Positions 17,510-26,924 are shown, counted from the stretch's first letter. The stretch is 64,000 nucleotides of DNA from Candidatus Shapirobacteria bacterium (GCA_041659325.1 JBAZYN010000003.1:71296-135295), one strand, 5' to 3'. Notes: generated by a model not told the origin, from the letters alone. Numbers and translations: made by a program.

Positions 17510-18720
17510 CCAGGCAGATTGGGAGTTAGAATGCTTTTTGTTTTCGTCCTGTGCTTTTTGGGCCTGGACTCATCAGATCCGGAGAAACCGGATAAACACA
17601 CATCCGACCCACCTGGTGGCTATAAAAAACGCCACCAGGCAGGTCGGGGAACTCGATAGTGCTTGGCCCTCAGGGTCCGAAATTCACCCTAGAGGGCCTC
17701 GGACGCGTGGGCGTCGGTGCTACGGGGTGTAGCAGTGCGTCTGGGCCCAGAGGGTGTTCGACCTATCGACCAACTGGACATCCCAAGGGGGCTGTCGATT
17801 GTGACCGGGGGCGACGGTAAACTCGAACTCATTGTTCGACAACCATCGGTAGGAACACGGTTCCACACCCTCCCACAAAAGCAAGGCCCAATCCTCACCC
17901 GAGCTCCGCGGTAGCGGGGGCAAGTTGACCCGAATGCGGACGCTCCAGGGCACGTGGTGCCGGAAAGAGAAGACCACGCCGGGCCAACCCTCATGGTTGG
18001 GCCTGAATTCACGGGTCTCAACCTCCGTACCGCCGACGAACAAGGTCGCACTCGCGCTGCCCGGGCAGCCCTGGCATAGGACGCCAAGGAAGGAACGGCT
18101 GTTCCTTGGGGGCGGGGGGGGCGGTGGGGTGACCGGGGGGGTCAACGTGACCGGCGGGTTGGTCGGAGTGGCCGTGATCAGCGTCATCGGCGGGGTCGGG
18201 GTGGCCGAAGGGGTGGCCGAGGTCGTGGGCGTGTTGGTCGGGGTGGCCGAAGGGGTGGCCGTGGTCGTGGGGGTCGGCGACGGGGTGGCCGTGCGGGTCG
18301 GGGTACGGGTCGGCATGCAGTGGCGGATGTTCTCCTCCTGGATATTGATGGTGGAGGAATTCGCCACAATGCCATTCGGCCCTTCGAAGCGGATGCTGTA
18401 GACGCCCGGCTGCGCGATCCTCGTGAAGTGGGGGTCCTTCCCGGGTTTGGTGCAGCCTTCGCTGAGCGTGATCGACCGAGAGGAAACGACCTGGCCATCC
18501 CTAATGAGGGACAGAGTACCAGTGACCTTTTCGGTCGAGCATACACGGGCCCACATCGTCAGATCCTCGTAGCAGTCCCACCCTTCGGCGGGAATGGTGA
18601 CGACCGGCGTCTCGGCGGACACGACCGAAGAGTCCCGGAGGGATACTCCCACCAGGACGGCGAGGGCGATGATGCCCAAGAGCAACGCGGCGGACACGAT
18701 CTTTTTCCCGTTCATGAGAT
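17510..18720. other. High-GC (~60-65%) island in a ~42% GC background
   Basis: Abrupt composition shift immediately after the stop at 17507 and before 18720; the antisense strand is full of spurious long ORFs, as is typical for high-GC DNA. Confidence 0.8.
17720..18715 (-). CDS. secreted/membrane-anchored protein with a Pro-Thr-rich linker (high-GC, foreign-looking gene)
   Basis: Signal/TM MNGKKIVSAALLLGIIALAVLVGV; PT linker PTRTPTRTATPSPTPTTTATPSATPTNTPTTSATPSATPTPP...PPPPPPP; C-terminal Cys-containing domain. Confidence 0.7.
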   Translation of the reverse strand: MNGKKIVSAALLLGIIALAVLVGVSLRDSSVVSAETPVVTIPAEGWDCYEDLTMWARVCSTEKVTGTLSLIRDGQVVSSRSITLSEGCTKPGKDPHFTRIAQPGVYSIRFEGPNGIVANSSTINIQEENIRHCMPTRTPTRTATPSPTPTTTATPSATPTNTPTTSATPSATPTPPMTLITATPTNPPVTLTPPVTPPPPPPPRNSRSFLGVLCQGCPGSASATLFVGGTEVETREFRPNHEGWPGVVFSFRHHVPWSVRIRVNLPPLPRSSGEDWALLLWEGVEPCSYRWLSNNEFEFTVAPGHNRQPPWDVQLVDRSNTLWAQTHCYTP

Positions 18721-18888
18721 CTCCTTTTCGGATACTTTTGAAAAGAACGCACTATCGATATGTCAACGAACATGTCTTCCGACAACTTTTCAACCAAGCT
18801 AAATGGCTGATTTGTCGTCGAAAAACAGAAAACAGTAAGGACGGGGGTAATATATCAAAATATGATGGGTTTGTCAATAATATAGGAT

Positions 18889-18990
18889 ATGTTTTCTATC
18901 TTGAACCAGGGCCTATTTGACCGAGGCGAGGTTAAAAATTTTGTCATGACAGTTGGCGGATTTGACAAAAATGCTAAAATGGGTTTGGAT
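18889..18990 (-). pseudogene. Degenerate duplicate of the 3' end of the thermonuclease gene
   Basis: Minus-strand translation ...KSANCHDKIFNLASVK* versus the nuc C-terminus ...KSVNCHEKLFDQF*; ttgtcatgacagttggcggatttg versus ttttcatgacagttgacggatttg. Confidence 0.5.
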
Positions 18991-19007
18991 TATCAATTAA
19001 TAAAAAA

Positions 19008-19670
19008 ATGGGTGAGCCATTGGCAGATCGTTTTGGAAGGTTATTTGGAAGAGGTGCAAAGCCACAAGGGACGGTGGCGGTTGGACTAAGTTCTGCTCGG
19101 GAGCCCTTGCTACAGACAGTTGCCGCCGAAGGGGCACCGCCGAAGAATGGAATAGAGGTGGCTCTGGCATCCGCAGCTTTTCAAAGATTGAGAGAGCGAT
19201 TTGGAACAAGGCCAGAAGTGGCAGAGACGGGGTTTGGGAAAGACGATTTAACAGTGGGGGATTTGGTGGATATATTGGATTTATATTTGACGGCGAGAGA
19301 TGATAAGGGTATGGGTTTTGCACCTGTGGCCGAGATGGTCGTCGATACAATTTCTGAAGCAACGTGGAAGGAAGAGTGGAATCAAGAACTTACTAAGCTG
19401 CATAAAGCGAGTAAAACAGGCGGGCTAGACAGGCAAAGCCCACTTTATGCGCTATCGGTTGGTTTGGATAGAATCACCAATCCTTCGAGGGTTAGTGGGG
19501 GTGAATTGAGCCACCACCCGGGAGGGATAACGATTGACGGAAAGTCTCCATTATCTACCAATAGATATCAAGTGATGTTGACAAACAGAGGTCAACAGGA
19601 TAATGGTCTTCCAATAAAGGATGTTTTTGTGAAAGCCGGACTACCGGTGGACAGCAACATTAGAATGTAA
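19008..19670 (+). CDS. hypothetical protein (lies between the nuc 3' fragment and the intact nuc gene)
   Basis: 220-aa ORF; no motif recognised. Confidence 0.5.
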   Translation: MGEPLADRFGRLFGRGAKPQGTVAVGLSSAREPLLQTVAAEGAPPKNGIEVALASAAFQRLRERFGTRPEVAETGFGKDDLTVGDLVDILDLYLTARDDKGMGFAPVAEMVVDTISEATWKEEWNQELTKLHKASKTGGLDRQSPLYALSVGLDRITNPSRVSGGELSHHPGGITIDGKSPLSTNRYQVMLTNRGQQDNGLPIKDVFVKAGLPVDSNIRM

Positions 19671-19713
19671 AAGAAGAACTGGCGTTAAAAAAACCTGGAT
19701 GGCAGGATAGATT

Positions 19714-20379
19714 TTAAAACTGGTCAAAAAGTTTTTCATGACAGTTGACGGATTTGGTAAAGCCGGCCTGGAGGGCTTCGGCTTCGGAGCAAAACCAACG
19801 GTCGCCTTCGTCCAGGGCGAGCTGAACATTGGAGTAATTGCCGCAGCCATCAAAAAAATATGTCTTTTTGCCGTCTTTGACATTGCCCTTAATAGAACAC
19901 TTGGGATTGGCGGGATTAACAGATTGGAAACAGAGGGGGCCGAAAATACCGATTTTGGTGGCCTTGGCGGCGGCACCGGCTTTTTGGAGACGGGCAGATT
20001 CGATAGAAGCATTTGAGGTATAACGGGCCCAACCGGAGTTGAGCATTAATTCATTGACCAGAGTACCGTCGGGAAGGTAAACCAGGGCTAAAAAACGATT
20101 GTGAGAATCATTAATTGTGCCGACAATTTTGACCTGTTTGCCTTGTAAAAGTGAAGTTAGTTCCGCTTTGGCCTGGTGATAGCCGCATAAACCTTTTTCG
20201 GGAGCATTGATGTTCATGAGGCGGATGGACTGTTTATTTTCCTCAAGGACAATACTGTCGCCATCGATGATTTCGGAGACAGTATAGAGTTTTTGGGGCG
20301 GAATTTGGGAGCGGATAACGAAGAGACCTAAAAGCAGGTTTAAAATGACGGAAATTACAAGAAAGATCCGAGTCATCAT
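19714..20379 (-). CDS. membrane-anchored thermonuclease (SNase-like) with a Cys-containing C-terminal extension
   Basis: N-terminal TM; SNase core ...GDSIVLEENKQSIRLMNINAPE...VGTINDSHNRFLALVYLPDGTLVNELMLNSGWA. Confidence 0.75.
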   Translation of the reverse strand: MMTRIFLVISVILNLLLGLFVIRSQIPPQKLYTVSEIIDGDSIVLEENKQSIRLMNINAPEKGLCGYHQAKAELTSLLQGKQVKIVGTINDSHNRFLALVYLPDGTLVNELMLNSGWARYTSNASIESARLQKAGAAAKATKIGIFGPLCFQSVNPANPKCSIKGNVKDGKKTYFFDGCGNYSNVQLALDEGDRWFCSEAEALQAGFTKSVNCHEKLFDQF

Positions 20380-20467
20380 CTAAGAATAGCATGTTATAAT
20401 AACCGCTAGTTTATATAAGCCGAAGATAGGTAAGCGAAAGCTGAAGGGTCGGAGGCAAAAAGAAAAA

Positions 20468-21175
20468 ATGGCGAAAACAAATCCAAAAATTGAAGCCCAG
20501 ACAAGAACCGTTTTGGGGAAAAAGGTTAAAAACTTAAGAGCCCAAGGGATTACTCCGGCAACCGTATACGGAAAAGGAGTTGAGCCGGTGTCGGTTCAAA
20601 TTAATACTAAGGAATTGGATAAACTGTTTGAAGACGTGGGTGAATCGGGATTAATTGATTTTGCAATTGACGGAAAGGTAGTCCCGGTATTGTTTAAAAA
20701 CCCTCAATATCATCCGGTTTTGGGGAACTTAATTCATATCGACTGCCACCAGGTAAATTTGAAAGAGAAAATTACGGCAACAGTACCAATTGAGTTTGTG
20801 GGTGAAAGTACGGCGGTGAAACTGGGAAATGTGTTGGTGGAAGTTTTGATGGAAATCGAGGTGGAAGCATTACCGACTGATTTGCCGGAAAAGATTGAAG
20901 TCGATTTGACGGTTTTGGAAACAGTGGAATCGGTGGTAACAGTGGCCGATTTGAAAGTTGACAGGACCTTAGTCGAGGTTAAAAATGACCCGGAACAGGT
21001 AATTGTGAAGGTGGAACTACCGAGAGAAGAAGAAGTGGAGCCGGTAGCAGCCGCTGAAGAGGCAACCGAACCGGTAGTGGCACCGGCAATGGCCCAGAAA
21101 ACTGAGGAAGAAAAAGAGGCGGATGCCAAGACCAAAGCAGCTGAAAAAGCGGCCTACAAGAAAGACGAAAAATAA
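20468..21175 (+). CDS. rplY: 50S ribosomal protein L25 / general stress protein Ctc
   Basis: MAKTNPKIEAQTRTVLGKKVKNLRAQGITPATVYGKG...; acidic C-terminal tail. Confidence 0.9.
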   Translation: MAKTNPKIEAQTRTVLGKKVKNLRAQGITPATVYGKGVEPVSVQINTKELDKLFEDVGESGLIDFAIDGKVVPVLFKNPQYHPVLGNLIHIDCHQVNLKEKITATVPIEFVGESTAVKLGNVLVEVLMEIEVEALPTDLPEKIEVDLTVLETVESVVTVADLKVDRTLVEVKNDPEQVIVKVELPREEEVEPVAAAEEATEPVVAPAMAQKTEEEKEADAKTKAAEKAAYKKDEK

Positions 21176-21178
21176 AAA

Positions 21179-21628
21179 CTATCTGGGTTGGGAGTCGAAA
21201 AAGAGATTGATGAGGTCGTCTCTAACCGGGTCAGCGTTCTTGGCCAGGAGAAGCGAGTTTTGGGCATCTGAGATTTTGTTCAGGCAGTGTTGGAGTTTGG
21301 CCATTTCCATATAGTCTTCGACGGTTTTGTCGGGTTTGACGACGAGACTGTTGAGCTGTTTTTTGAATTCTTCGGGATCGTTTTTAGCTTTGTAATCGGC
21401 TAAATCGGACTGATCAAGATAAAATTCCTGTGATTGGGCCAAATCCCAGCGACGATTGTCGATATAGAGGCGCCAGAGATTGAGATGGGCAGCATAGCGG
21501 TCCCCTTTTGACAGGGAAAACAAGGCCAGTCTATTTCTGGTGTATGGATCACGGCAAAAATAAACAGTAAGATTGGTAAAAATGAGGATAAAAAGAATAA
21601 TAATCAGAGACAGTTGGGATCTTTTCAT
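21179..21628 (-). CDS. hypothetical membrane-anchored protein
   Basis: N-terminal TM; stop overlaps the valS stop region by 4 nt. Confidence 0.45.
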   Translation of the reverse strand: MKRSQLSLIIILFILIFTNLTVYFCRDPYTRNRLALFSLSKGDRYAAHLNLWRLYIDNRRWDLAQSQEFYLDQSDLADYKAKNDPEEFKKQLNSLVVKPDKTVEDYMEMAKLQHCLNKISDAQNSLLLAKNADPVRDDLINLFFDSQPR

Positions 21629-23904
21629 TTTGGCCAGGCGGCGGTGATGAGCATGGCCTCTTTCAGATTATATTTTTTGGCGAGAGTTTGGTAGATATTT
21701 TCGGTGATAAAAGGGATGAAGGGATGAAGAAGCTTGAGAGAAGTAATCATAACGTGGAGAAGGACGGGCAGGGCGTCCGGTCCCCTATTTTTGGTGGATT
21801 CGAGATAAATATCGCAAAAATCATGCCAGAAAAAGTGGTAGAGGTCTTCTGAGGCCTGGCCGAAACGAAAATTATTTAGATTTTTGGTAGTGGATTTGAT
21901 GATTTGGTCGAGTTTGGTGAGGATGGCTTGGTCGGATAAATCCCTCTCGGCTTCGCCGCTTCTCCCTTTGACAAGGGAGATATTTACCGGAGCATCGCCG
22001 AATTTGAATTCGATGAAACGGGCGGCGTTCCAGATTTTGTTGATAAAGTTACGCTGGGCGCGGATTTTGTCTTCGGAGACGACGAAATCAGAGGCGGGGG
22101 CGATGCCGATGACCAGGGACATTCTGAGGGCATCGGTGCCGTATTTTTCGGTCATGGTGAGGGGATCAACCCCATTTCCCTTGGACTTGCTCATTTTTTG
22201 ACCTTTGGAATCGACGACCCGAGAATGAAGATGGACCATTTTGAAGGGAACATCTTTGGCTAAATATAGGCCAAACATGATCATTCTGGCGACCCAGAAG
22301 AAAAGAATATCCCAAAGAGTGTCGAGAACTGAAGTGGGGTAAAAATAGAAAAAATCCGGGGATGATTTTTGCGGATCATCGGGATTGAAACCGAGAGTGT
22401 TTAGAGGCCACTGGCCGCTTAAAAACCAGGTGTCAAAAGTATCGGTTTCCTGCAATAAATGGGTGGACTTGCATTTTGAACAATGCGAAACTTGGTCGAC
22501 GACAAAATCGGTGTCAACCGGGGCGATTAGTGATTGTAGCCCGTTTTTGATTTCTTCATAGGAATATTTGTCTTTTAGATCGGCGTAAAACCCGGAAACT
22601 ATTTCTTGGTCCCGATTTAGGAAGTTAATTTTTATTTGAGGACTGCAGTCCAAACAATACCAGGCGGGAATTTGGGGACCCCAAACAATTTGGCGGCTGA
22701 TATTCCAATCGCGGATATTTTCCATCCAGGTAATAAAAGCTTTTTTGAATCTGGTGGGGAAAAACTTGACCTGTCCCTCTTTGGCGGCGGCAATGGCGGC
22801 CTTGGCTAAAGGATCTATTTTTAGGTACCACTGGGGAGTAACCATGGGCTCGATGGGGCGGTTGCAGCGGTAACAACGGCCGATACGGTGCTGATATTTG
22901 TCGTCTATTTTGACTAACATACCGCGGGATTTCATATCCGCCACCACTTTTTCCCGGGCGGAAGCGACAGTCAGCCCGGCATATGGTCCGGTGAGCTCAT
23001 TTAGACGACCATCAAGACCGATAACCTTTTTGAGAGGTAAATTGTGCCTTTTGGCGGCTTCAAAATCGTTTGGATCGTGAGCGGGGGTGATTTTGACAAC
23101 ACCGGTGCCAAATTCCATATCGACCATATCATCAGCAATTACTTTGACAGTAAAAGGGCCGTTTAGCCCGTCGACGGTGATTTCCTGACCGATGTATTGG
23201 GTATACCGCGTGTCTTTGGGATGGACGGCGACGGCAGTGTCGCCAAACTTTGTTTCGGGGCGGGTGGTGGCCAGAGTGAACGGCCCATACTTCATATAAT
23301 ATAGGCTGGTTGTTTCGTCGACGTAATTGACTTCGAGATTGCTAAAGGCGGTGCCACAGTGAGGACAATAATTGACAATTTTTTCATCACGATAGATAAG
23401 GCCGTCGCGATAGAGCTTTTTGAAGACAGACAGGACATTGTTTACAATCGAGGGCTCCATACTGTAGTGATATCGGGTCCAATCCATGGAGAAACCCAGT
23501 TTTTTCATCTGGAAGACGTTTTGTTGCCGATTTTTTTCGACGAAATCCCAAATCAGCTGATATAGGGTCTGTCTGTCAAAATCAAAACGACTTTTGCCTT
23601 CCTTGGATAATTTTTTTTCGAAAACAAATTGGGTTTCGATGCCGGCATGATCGCCGCCGGGCAGCCATAAGGTGGGATCGCCCAACATGCGGTGATAGCG
23701 GACTAAAATATCTTCGATGGTAAATACGGCATGCCCCATGTGCATGGGATCGTTGGCGTTTGGGAGGGGCAAAATGATGGTGTAGGGTGGGTGGGATTTG
23801 CGAGCCTTTTGAGGATTTTTGGGGACAATCGGGGTGAAGGCGCCTGATTTTTCCCACAGGGAATAGATGTCCTGCTCGTTACTTGGGTCATATGCCTTGT
23901 CCAT
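21625..23904 (-). CDS. valS: valine--tRNA ligase (short form)
   Basis: HMGH motif (PNANDPMHMGHA), GGDHAGIETQ, KMSKSKGN; 759 aa; contains an in-frame repeat-derived insert SLVKGRSGEAERDL. Confidence 0.9.
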   Translation of the reverse strand: MDKAYDPSNEQDIYSLWEKSGAFTPIVPKNPQKARKSHPPYTIILPLPNANDPMHMGHAVFTIEDILVRYHRMLGDPTLWLPGGDHAGIETQFVFEKKLSKEGKSRFDFDRQTLYQLIWDFVEKNRQQNVFQMKKLGFSMDWTRYHYSMEPSIVNNVLSVFKKLYRDGLIYRDEKIVNYCPHCGTAFSNLEVNYVDETTSLYYMKYGPFTLATTRPETKFGDTAVAVHPKDTRYTQYIGQEITVDGLNGPFTVKVIADDMVDMEFGTGVVKITPAHDPNDFEAAKRHNLPLKKVIGLDGRLNELTGPYAGLTVASAREKVVADMKSRGMLVKIDDKYQHRIGRCYRCNRPIEPMVTPQWYLKIDPLAKAAIAAAKEGQVKFFPTRFKKAFITWMENIRDWNISRQIVWGPQIPAWYCLDCSPQIKINFLNRDQEIVSGFYADLKDKYSYEEIKNGLQSLIAPVDTDFVVDQVSHCSKCKSTHLLQETDTFDTWFLSGQWPLNTLGFNPDDPQKSSPDFFYFYPTSVLDTLWDILFFWVARMIMFGLYLAKDVPFKMVHLHSRVVDSKGQKMSKSKGNGVDPLTMTEKYGTDALRMSLVIGIAPASDFVVSEDKIRAQRNFINKIWNAARFIEFKFGDAPVNISLVKGRSGEAERDLSDQAILTKLDQIIKSTTKNLNNFRFGQASEDLYHFFWHDFCDIYLESTKNRGPDALPVLLHVMITSLKLLHPFIPFITENIYQTLAKKYNLKEAMLITAAWPK
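21938..21981. repeat. Palindromic repeat module inserted in frame inside valS
   Basis: aaatccctctcggcttcgccgcttctccctttgacaagggagat; identical 44-mer at 28827-28870 inside tsaD; encodes SLVKGRSGEAERD on the valS strand. Confidence 0.9.
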
Positions 23905-23914
23905 GGGATGATTT

Positions 23915-24060
23915 TAACATCTAAATCCCTCTAAATCTCCCCCTGCCTGCCGGCAGGCAGGCCTGCCCCCTCTTTGAAGAAAGAGGGGGAAATCAAACCC
24001 ACCCATTATCTCCATCCCTTGACTCTCCGAAAGCTTCGCATTCTGGCGGGTGAACAAGGG
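23915..24060. repeat. Mosaic repeat block (aaatccctctaaatctcc; ccctgcctgccggcaggcagg; ccccctctttgaagaaagaggggg)
   Basis: Perfect palindromes shared with 5238, 10370, 37862 and 61985. Confidence 0.8.
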
Positions 24061-24081
24061 GGGGATTTATATAAGTTATAA

Positions 24082-24720
24082 TTGACCATGAAACAAGGTG
24101 ATATTTATAAACTTCATAAAAAATATTCCCACGGAAAATATAAAAAGGAGATATTGGAAATTGTTTGGACACATAGCCTAATCGTTAAAGATATTTCATT
24201 GCAAATTGTTAACCATCTTGAAGAAAAATACGGAATTAAGACAGACAAGAAAATTGTTGAATTCGGAGCATTAATTCACGATATCGGTTTTTATGACTGC
24301 TTTGATGATAATTACAAAAAGACATGCAAATATCTGCTTCATGGGAAGATGGGCTACGATATTTTGACTAAAGAAGGGGTGTCGCAAAAAAAAGCGAGAT
24401 TTGCCTTGACACATACCGGAGTGGGGATAAGCAATGAACAAATAGAAAAGGAAAATCTTGATTTACCAAAAAATAATTATGTGCCAATCAGTTTAGAAGA
24501 AGAGATTGTCTGTTATGCCGATAATTTTCATTCAAAAGGTCATCCAAGATTTAATGATTTTGAAGGAACGTTGGAAGAATTAAATAAAATTAACCCGAAT
24601 TACGGGGTAATTTTGAAAAGATATAGAGAAAAATTTGGAATCCCTGACCTAAAACAACTTAAAGAAAAATACAGAGAATGGCACCGTGATATCAATGAAT
24701 GGGTCGAAGGCCTAAAATGA
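24082..24720 (+). CDS. HD-domain phosphohydrolase
   Basis: HD motif in FGALIHDIGF; later HTGVG. Confidence 0.7.
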   Translation: MTMKQGDIYKLHKKYSHGKYKKEILEIVWTHSLIVKDISLQIVNHLEEKYGIKTDKKIVEFGALIHDIGFYDCFDDNYKKTCKYLLHGKMGYDILTKEGVSQKKARFALTHTGVGISNEQIEKENLDLPKNNYVPISLEEEIVCYADNFHSKGHPRFNDFEGTLEELNKINPNYGVILKRYREKFGIPDLKQLKEKYREWHRDINEWVEGLK

Positions 24721-24733
24721 TAAAATAGCGAGA

Positions 24734-25903
24734 ATGGAAATAATCAAAATTAACGACAGTTACGAAGAAATTATTAAAAGGACGGCTGAAACGATAAGGG
24801 GCGGCGGACTGGTGATATTCCCATCGGATACGGTATATATTTTGGCGATGGATCCGACAAATGTTGATGCGACAAAGAAACTTTTGGCGTTTAAAAACCG
24901 CTGGGTGGGAAAGGCAATTTCGGTGGCAGTGGCGGATACTAAAATGGCCAAAGATTATGTAGAACTATCGGAAAACGCTGAAAATATATATGCTAACTTG
25001 CTACCCGGACCATTTACGGTAGTAAGCAAGGGAAAACATAAAATGGCGAGCGGGATTGAGGCGGAAAACGGGACTTTGGGGATAAGAATCCCCGATAACA
25101 AATATATTCACGATTTGGTGACAGCCATTGGGAAACCGGTAACGGCGACATCGGCTAATCTGTCGGGGCGGACACCGCATTATTCTATCGAGAGCTTTTT
25201 GAAAACATTGTCGCAGAAAAAGAGGGACATGATTGATTTGATCGTTGATGCGGGGAAACTGCGGTTTAATAAGCCGTCGACAGTTATTGATGCCACTGAG
25301 CCGGAAATCAAAATTTTGAGGCGAGGCGACCTGATTACTGCTAATTCTAAAACTTTGATATCCAAATCGGAAAAGGAAACGGGGAAGATTGCGGAGTTTA
25401 TATTGAATAAATCCCTAAATCAAAATCTACCCCTATCCCCTCCTTTGACGAAAGGAGGGGCACTGCCATTAGTATTTGGACTGAGTGGAGATTTGGGATG
25501 CGGAAAGACAGTGTTTTCGAGGAGTGTGGGGAAAATATTGGGGGTTAAAGAAAAAATCACTAGCCCGACATTTGTGATTATGAATGAGTATGATATCAGT
25601 CTGAAAGTCCAAAAGTCTGAAAGTCTGAAAGTTGGACAGCCGGTTAGTCTGAAAGTCCAAAAGTCTGAAAGTCTGAAAGCCGGGAAGTTTTTACATTTTG
25701 ATTTGTATAGAATCGGAGGCCAGTTTGAATTGGAAGAAATAAAATTTTGGGAACAGTTCAAACCGGGAACCGTGGCTTGTATTGAGTGGCCGGAAAATAT
25801 GGGAAAGGAAAATTTTGAGAAATTGAAAAAGATGACGAATTATAAGGCAATAAACTTTGAATATGTGAACGAGAGAACAAGAAAGATAAGTTATGAGATG
25901 TAA
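24734..25903 (+). CDS. L-threonylcarbamoyladenylate synthase (TsaC/YrdC domain) fused to tRNA t6A protein TsaE
   Basis: YrdC domain ...VTATSANLSGR...; TsaE P-loop GLSGDLGCGKTVF, SPTF, HFDLYRI; two in-frame repeat insertions in the TsaE half. Confidence 0.85.
   Translation: MEIIKINDSYEEIIKRTAETIRGGGLVIFPSDTVYILAMDPTNVDATKKLLAFKNRWVGKAISVAVADTKMAKDYVELSENAENIYANLLPGPFTVVSKGKHKMASGIEAENGTLGIRIPDNKYIHDLVTAIGKPVTATSANLSGRTPHYSIESFLKTLSQKKRDMIDLIVDAGKLRFNKPSTVIDATEPEIKILRRGDLITANSKTLISKSEKETGKIAEFILNKSLNQNLPLSPPLTKGGALPLVFGLSGDLGCGKTVFSRSVGKILGVKEKITSPTFVIMNEYDISLKVQKSESLKVGQPVSLKVQKSESLKAGKFLHFDLYRIGGQFELEEIKFWEQFKPGTVACIEWPENMGKENFEKLKKMTNYKAINFEYVNERTRKISYEM
25423..25463. repeat. Palindromic module aaatctacccctatcccctcctttgacgaaaggaggggcac inserted in frame in tsaE
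   Basis: Same module opens the Rep135 copies; encodes NQNLPLSPPLTKGGAL just before the TsaE P-loop. Confidence 0.9.
25598..25679. repeat. 9-bp tandem repeat (agtctgaaag/gtccaaaag units) inserted in frame in tsaE
   Basis: Encodes LKVQKSESLKVGQPVSLKVQKSESLKA between EYDIS and GKFLHFDLYR; the same unit family is intergenic at 7003-7050 and 61960-62080. Confidence 0.85.
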
Positions 25904-25904
25904 A

Positions 25905-26000
25905 CCAAATCCCTCTTTAATTCTCCCTTTGACAAGGGAGAACACTACTCTTGTGCGTAAGAACGACTGAATGTAAGAGACGAATTTTCCGCTTGGGCAA
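25905..26000. repeat. Module aaatccctctttaattctccctttgacaagggagaac plus a tail
   Basis: Identical to the module at 5858-5897. Confidence 0.8.
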
Positions 26001-26045
26001 TCCAAATTGATAAGGGAGATATAAAGTTTTTTGCGAATAGCAGGT

Positions 26046-26921
26046 TTACCAACCGCGGGAGGAGCCGCCGCCGCCGGAACGACCACCGCCAAAGCCGCCA
26101 AAACCACCTCCCCCGCCGGAACGGAAACCACCGCCTTTGAACCCCCCCATAGTCGTCCAGAAATTGGTGGGTTTACCGGATGATTTGAGATTTTTAAAGT
26201 TTTTGGAGAGAAGATAATCAAGAAGTAATCCCAACAAACCGAAGCCGACACCGGCCAAAAGACCGGCGACTAGAAAGCCAATAACAGCTCCGGCGATACC
26301 GCCGGTAAAAATCTCTTTGGAGCGGCCAAGATAGGCAATAAAATAAATAGGAAGCCCGGTAAAAATGAGAAAAAGGATAATGCCCAGAATGTTGCCGGAG
26401 GAGGGTTTCTCGGGTGAATCGGGGGGAATTTGAGTGGGATCTGATAGATAGGCTTCGAGACGATTTACTGTGTTTTGAACACCTAGTTCGTAATTTCCTT
26501 TTTTAAACTCGGGGATAAACTCGGTGTCGAGAATATTGCCGGCCCGACCATCGGTGATTATCGGCTCCAGACCATAACCGACTTCGATTCTGACTTGGCG
26601 CTGCCCGGGAGCGATTAAAAGAAGAAGGCCGTTATCCTGGCCTTTTTTGCCAATCCCCCATTTTTGAAAAAGATCCAGGGCGTATTCTTCGACGGACAAA
26701 TCATCCATGGAAACAACGGTGGCAACGGCAATTTCGTTTTTGGTTTTGGACTCGAAATCGGCCAGGTTTTGATTTAGGATGGCTTCAAATTCGGGGCTTA
26801 AAATTTCGGCATAGTCGTTTACATACCCCCGATATTCGGGGAGGACGACTTTGGCGAAAACCGAATGAACTCCTAGAAAAAGGAAAACAAAAACTAACGT
26901 CAGCAAAACCTTTGGCTTCAT
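26046..26921 (-). CDS. TPM-domain (TLP18.3/Psb32-like) protein with a Gly-rich C-terminus
   Basis: YVNDYAEILSPE...GLLLLIAPGQRQVRIEVGYGLE; signal peptide; TM; GGFRSGGGGGFGGFGGG tail. Confidence 0.75.
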   Translation of the reverse strand: MKPKVLLTLVFVFLFLGVHSVFAKVVLPEYRGYVNDYAEILSPEFEAILNQNLADFESKTKNEIAVATVVSMDDLSVEEYALDLFQKWGIGKKGQDNGLLLLIAPGQRQVRIEVGYGLEPIITDGRAGNILDTEFIPEFKKGNYELGVQNTVNRLEAYLSDPTQIPPDSPEKPSSGNILGIILFLIFTGLPIYFIAYLGRSKEIFTGGIAGAVIGFLVAGLLAGVGFGLLGLLLDYLLSKNFKNLKSSGKPTNFWTTMGGFKGGGFRSGGGGGFGGFGGGRSGGGGSSRGW

Positions 26922-26924
26922 TTA

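Noticed and set aside
17496-18722. Cloning-vector artefact suggested by GAGCTCTAGA (SacI+XbaI) at the left edge and AGATCT (BglII) at the right edge of the high-GC island
   Set aside because: Both sites lie inside natural coding ends (…MEL* and MNGKK… start). There is no polylinker-like continuation. Coincidence is more likely, so it is reported only as a chimerism caveat.
17689-18802. Long ORFs 17689-18087, 17925-18401, 18184-18546, 18320-18802 and 18501-18797
   Set aside because: They are antisense or overlapping frames within the high-GC island. Stop-codon-poor high-GC DNA produces spurious ORFs (Arg/Pro/Gly-rich translations). Only the 331-aa secreted-protein frame has protein-like features.
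25598-25679. CRISPR array, considered for the many short repeats (9-mer arrays, palindromic modules, hexamer arrays)
   Set aside because: There are no regularly spaced identical 25-40-bp repeats separated by unique spacers. Units are contiguous tandem microsatellites or irregular mosaics. No cas genes are present.
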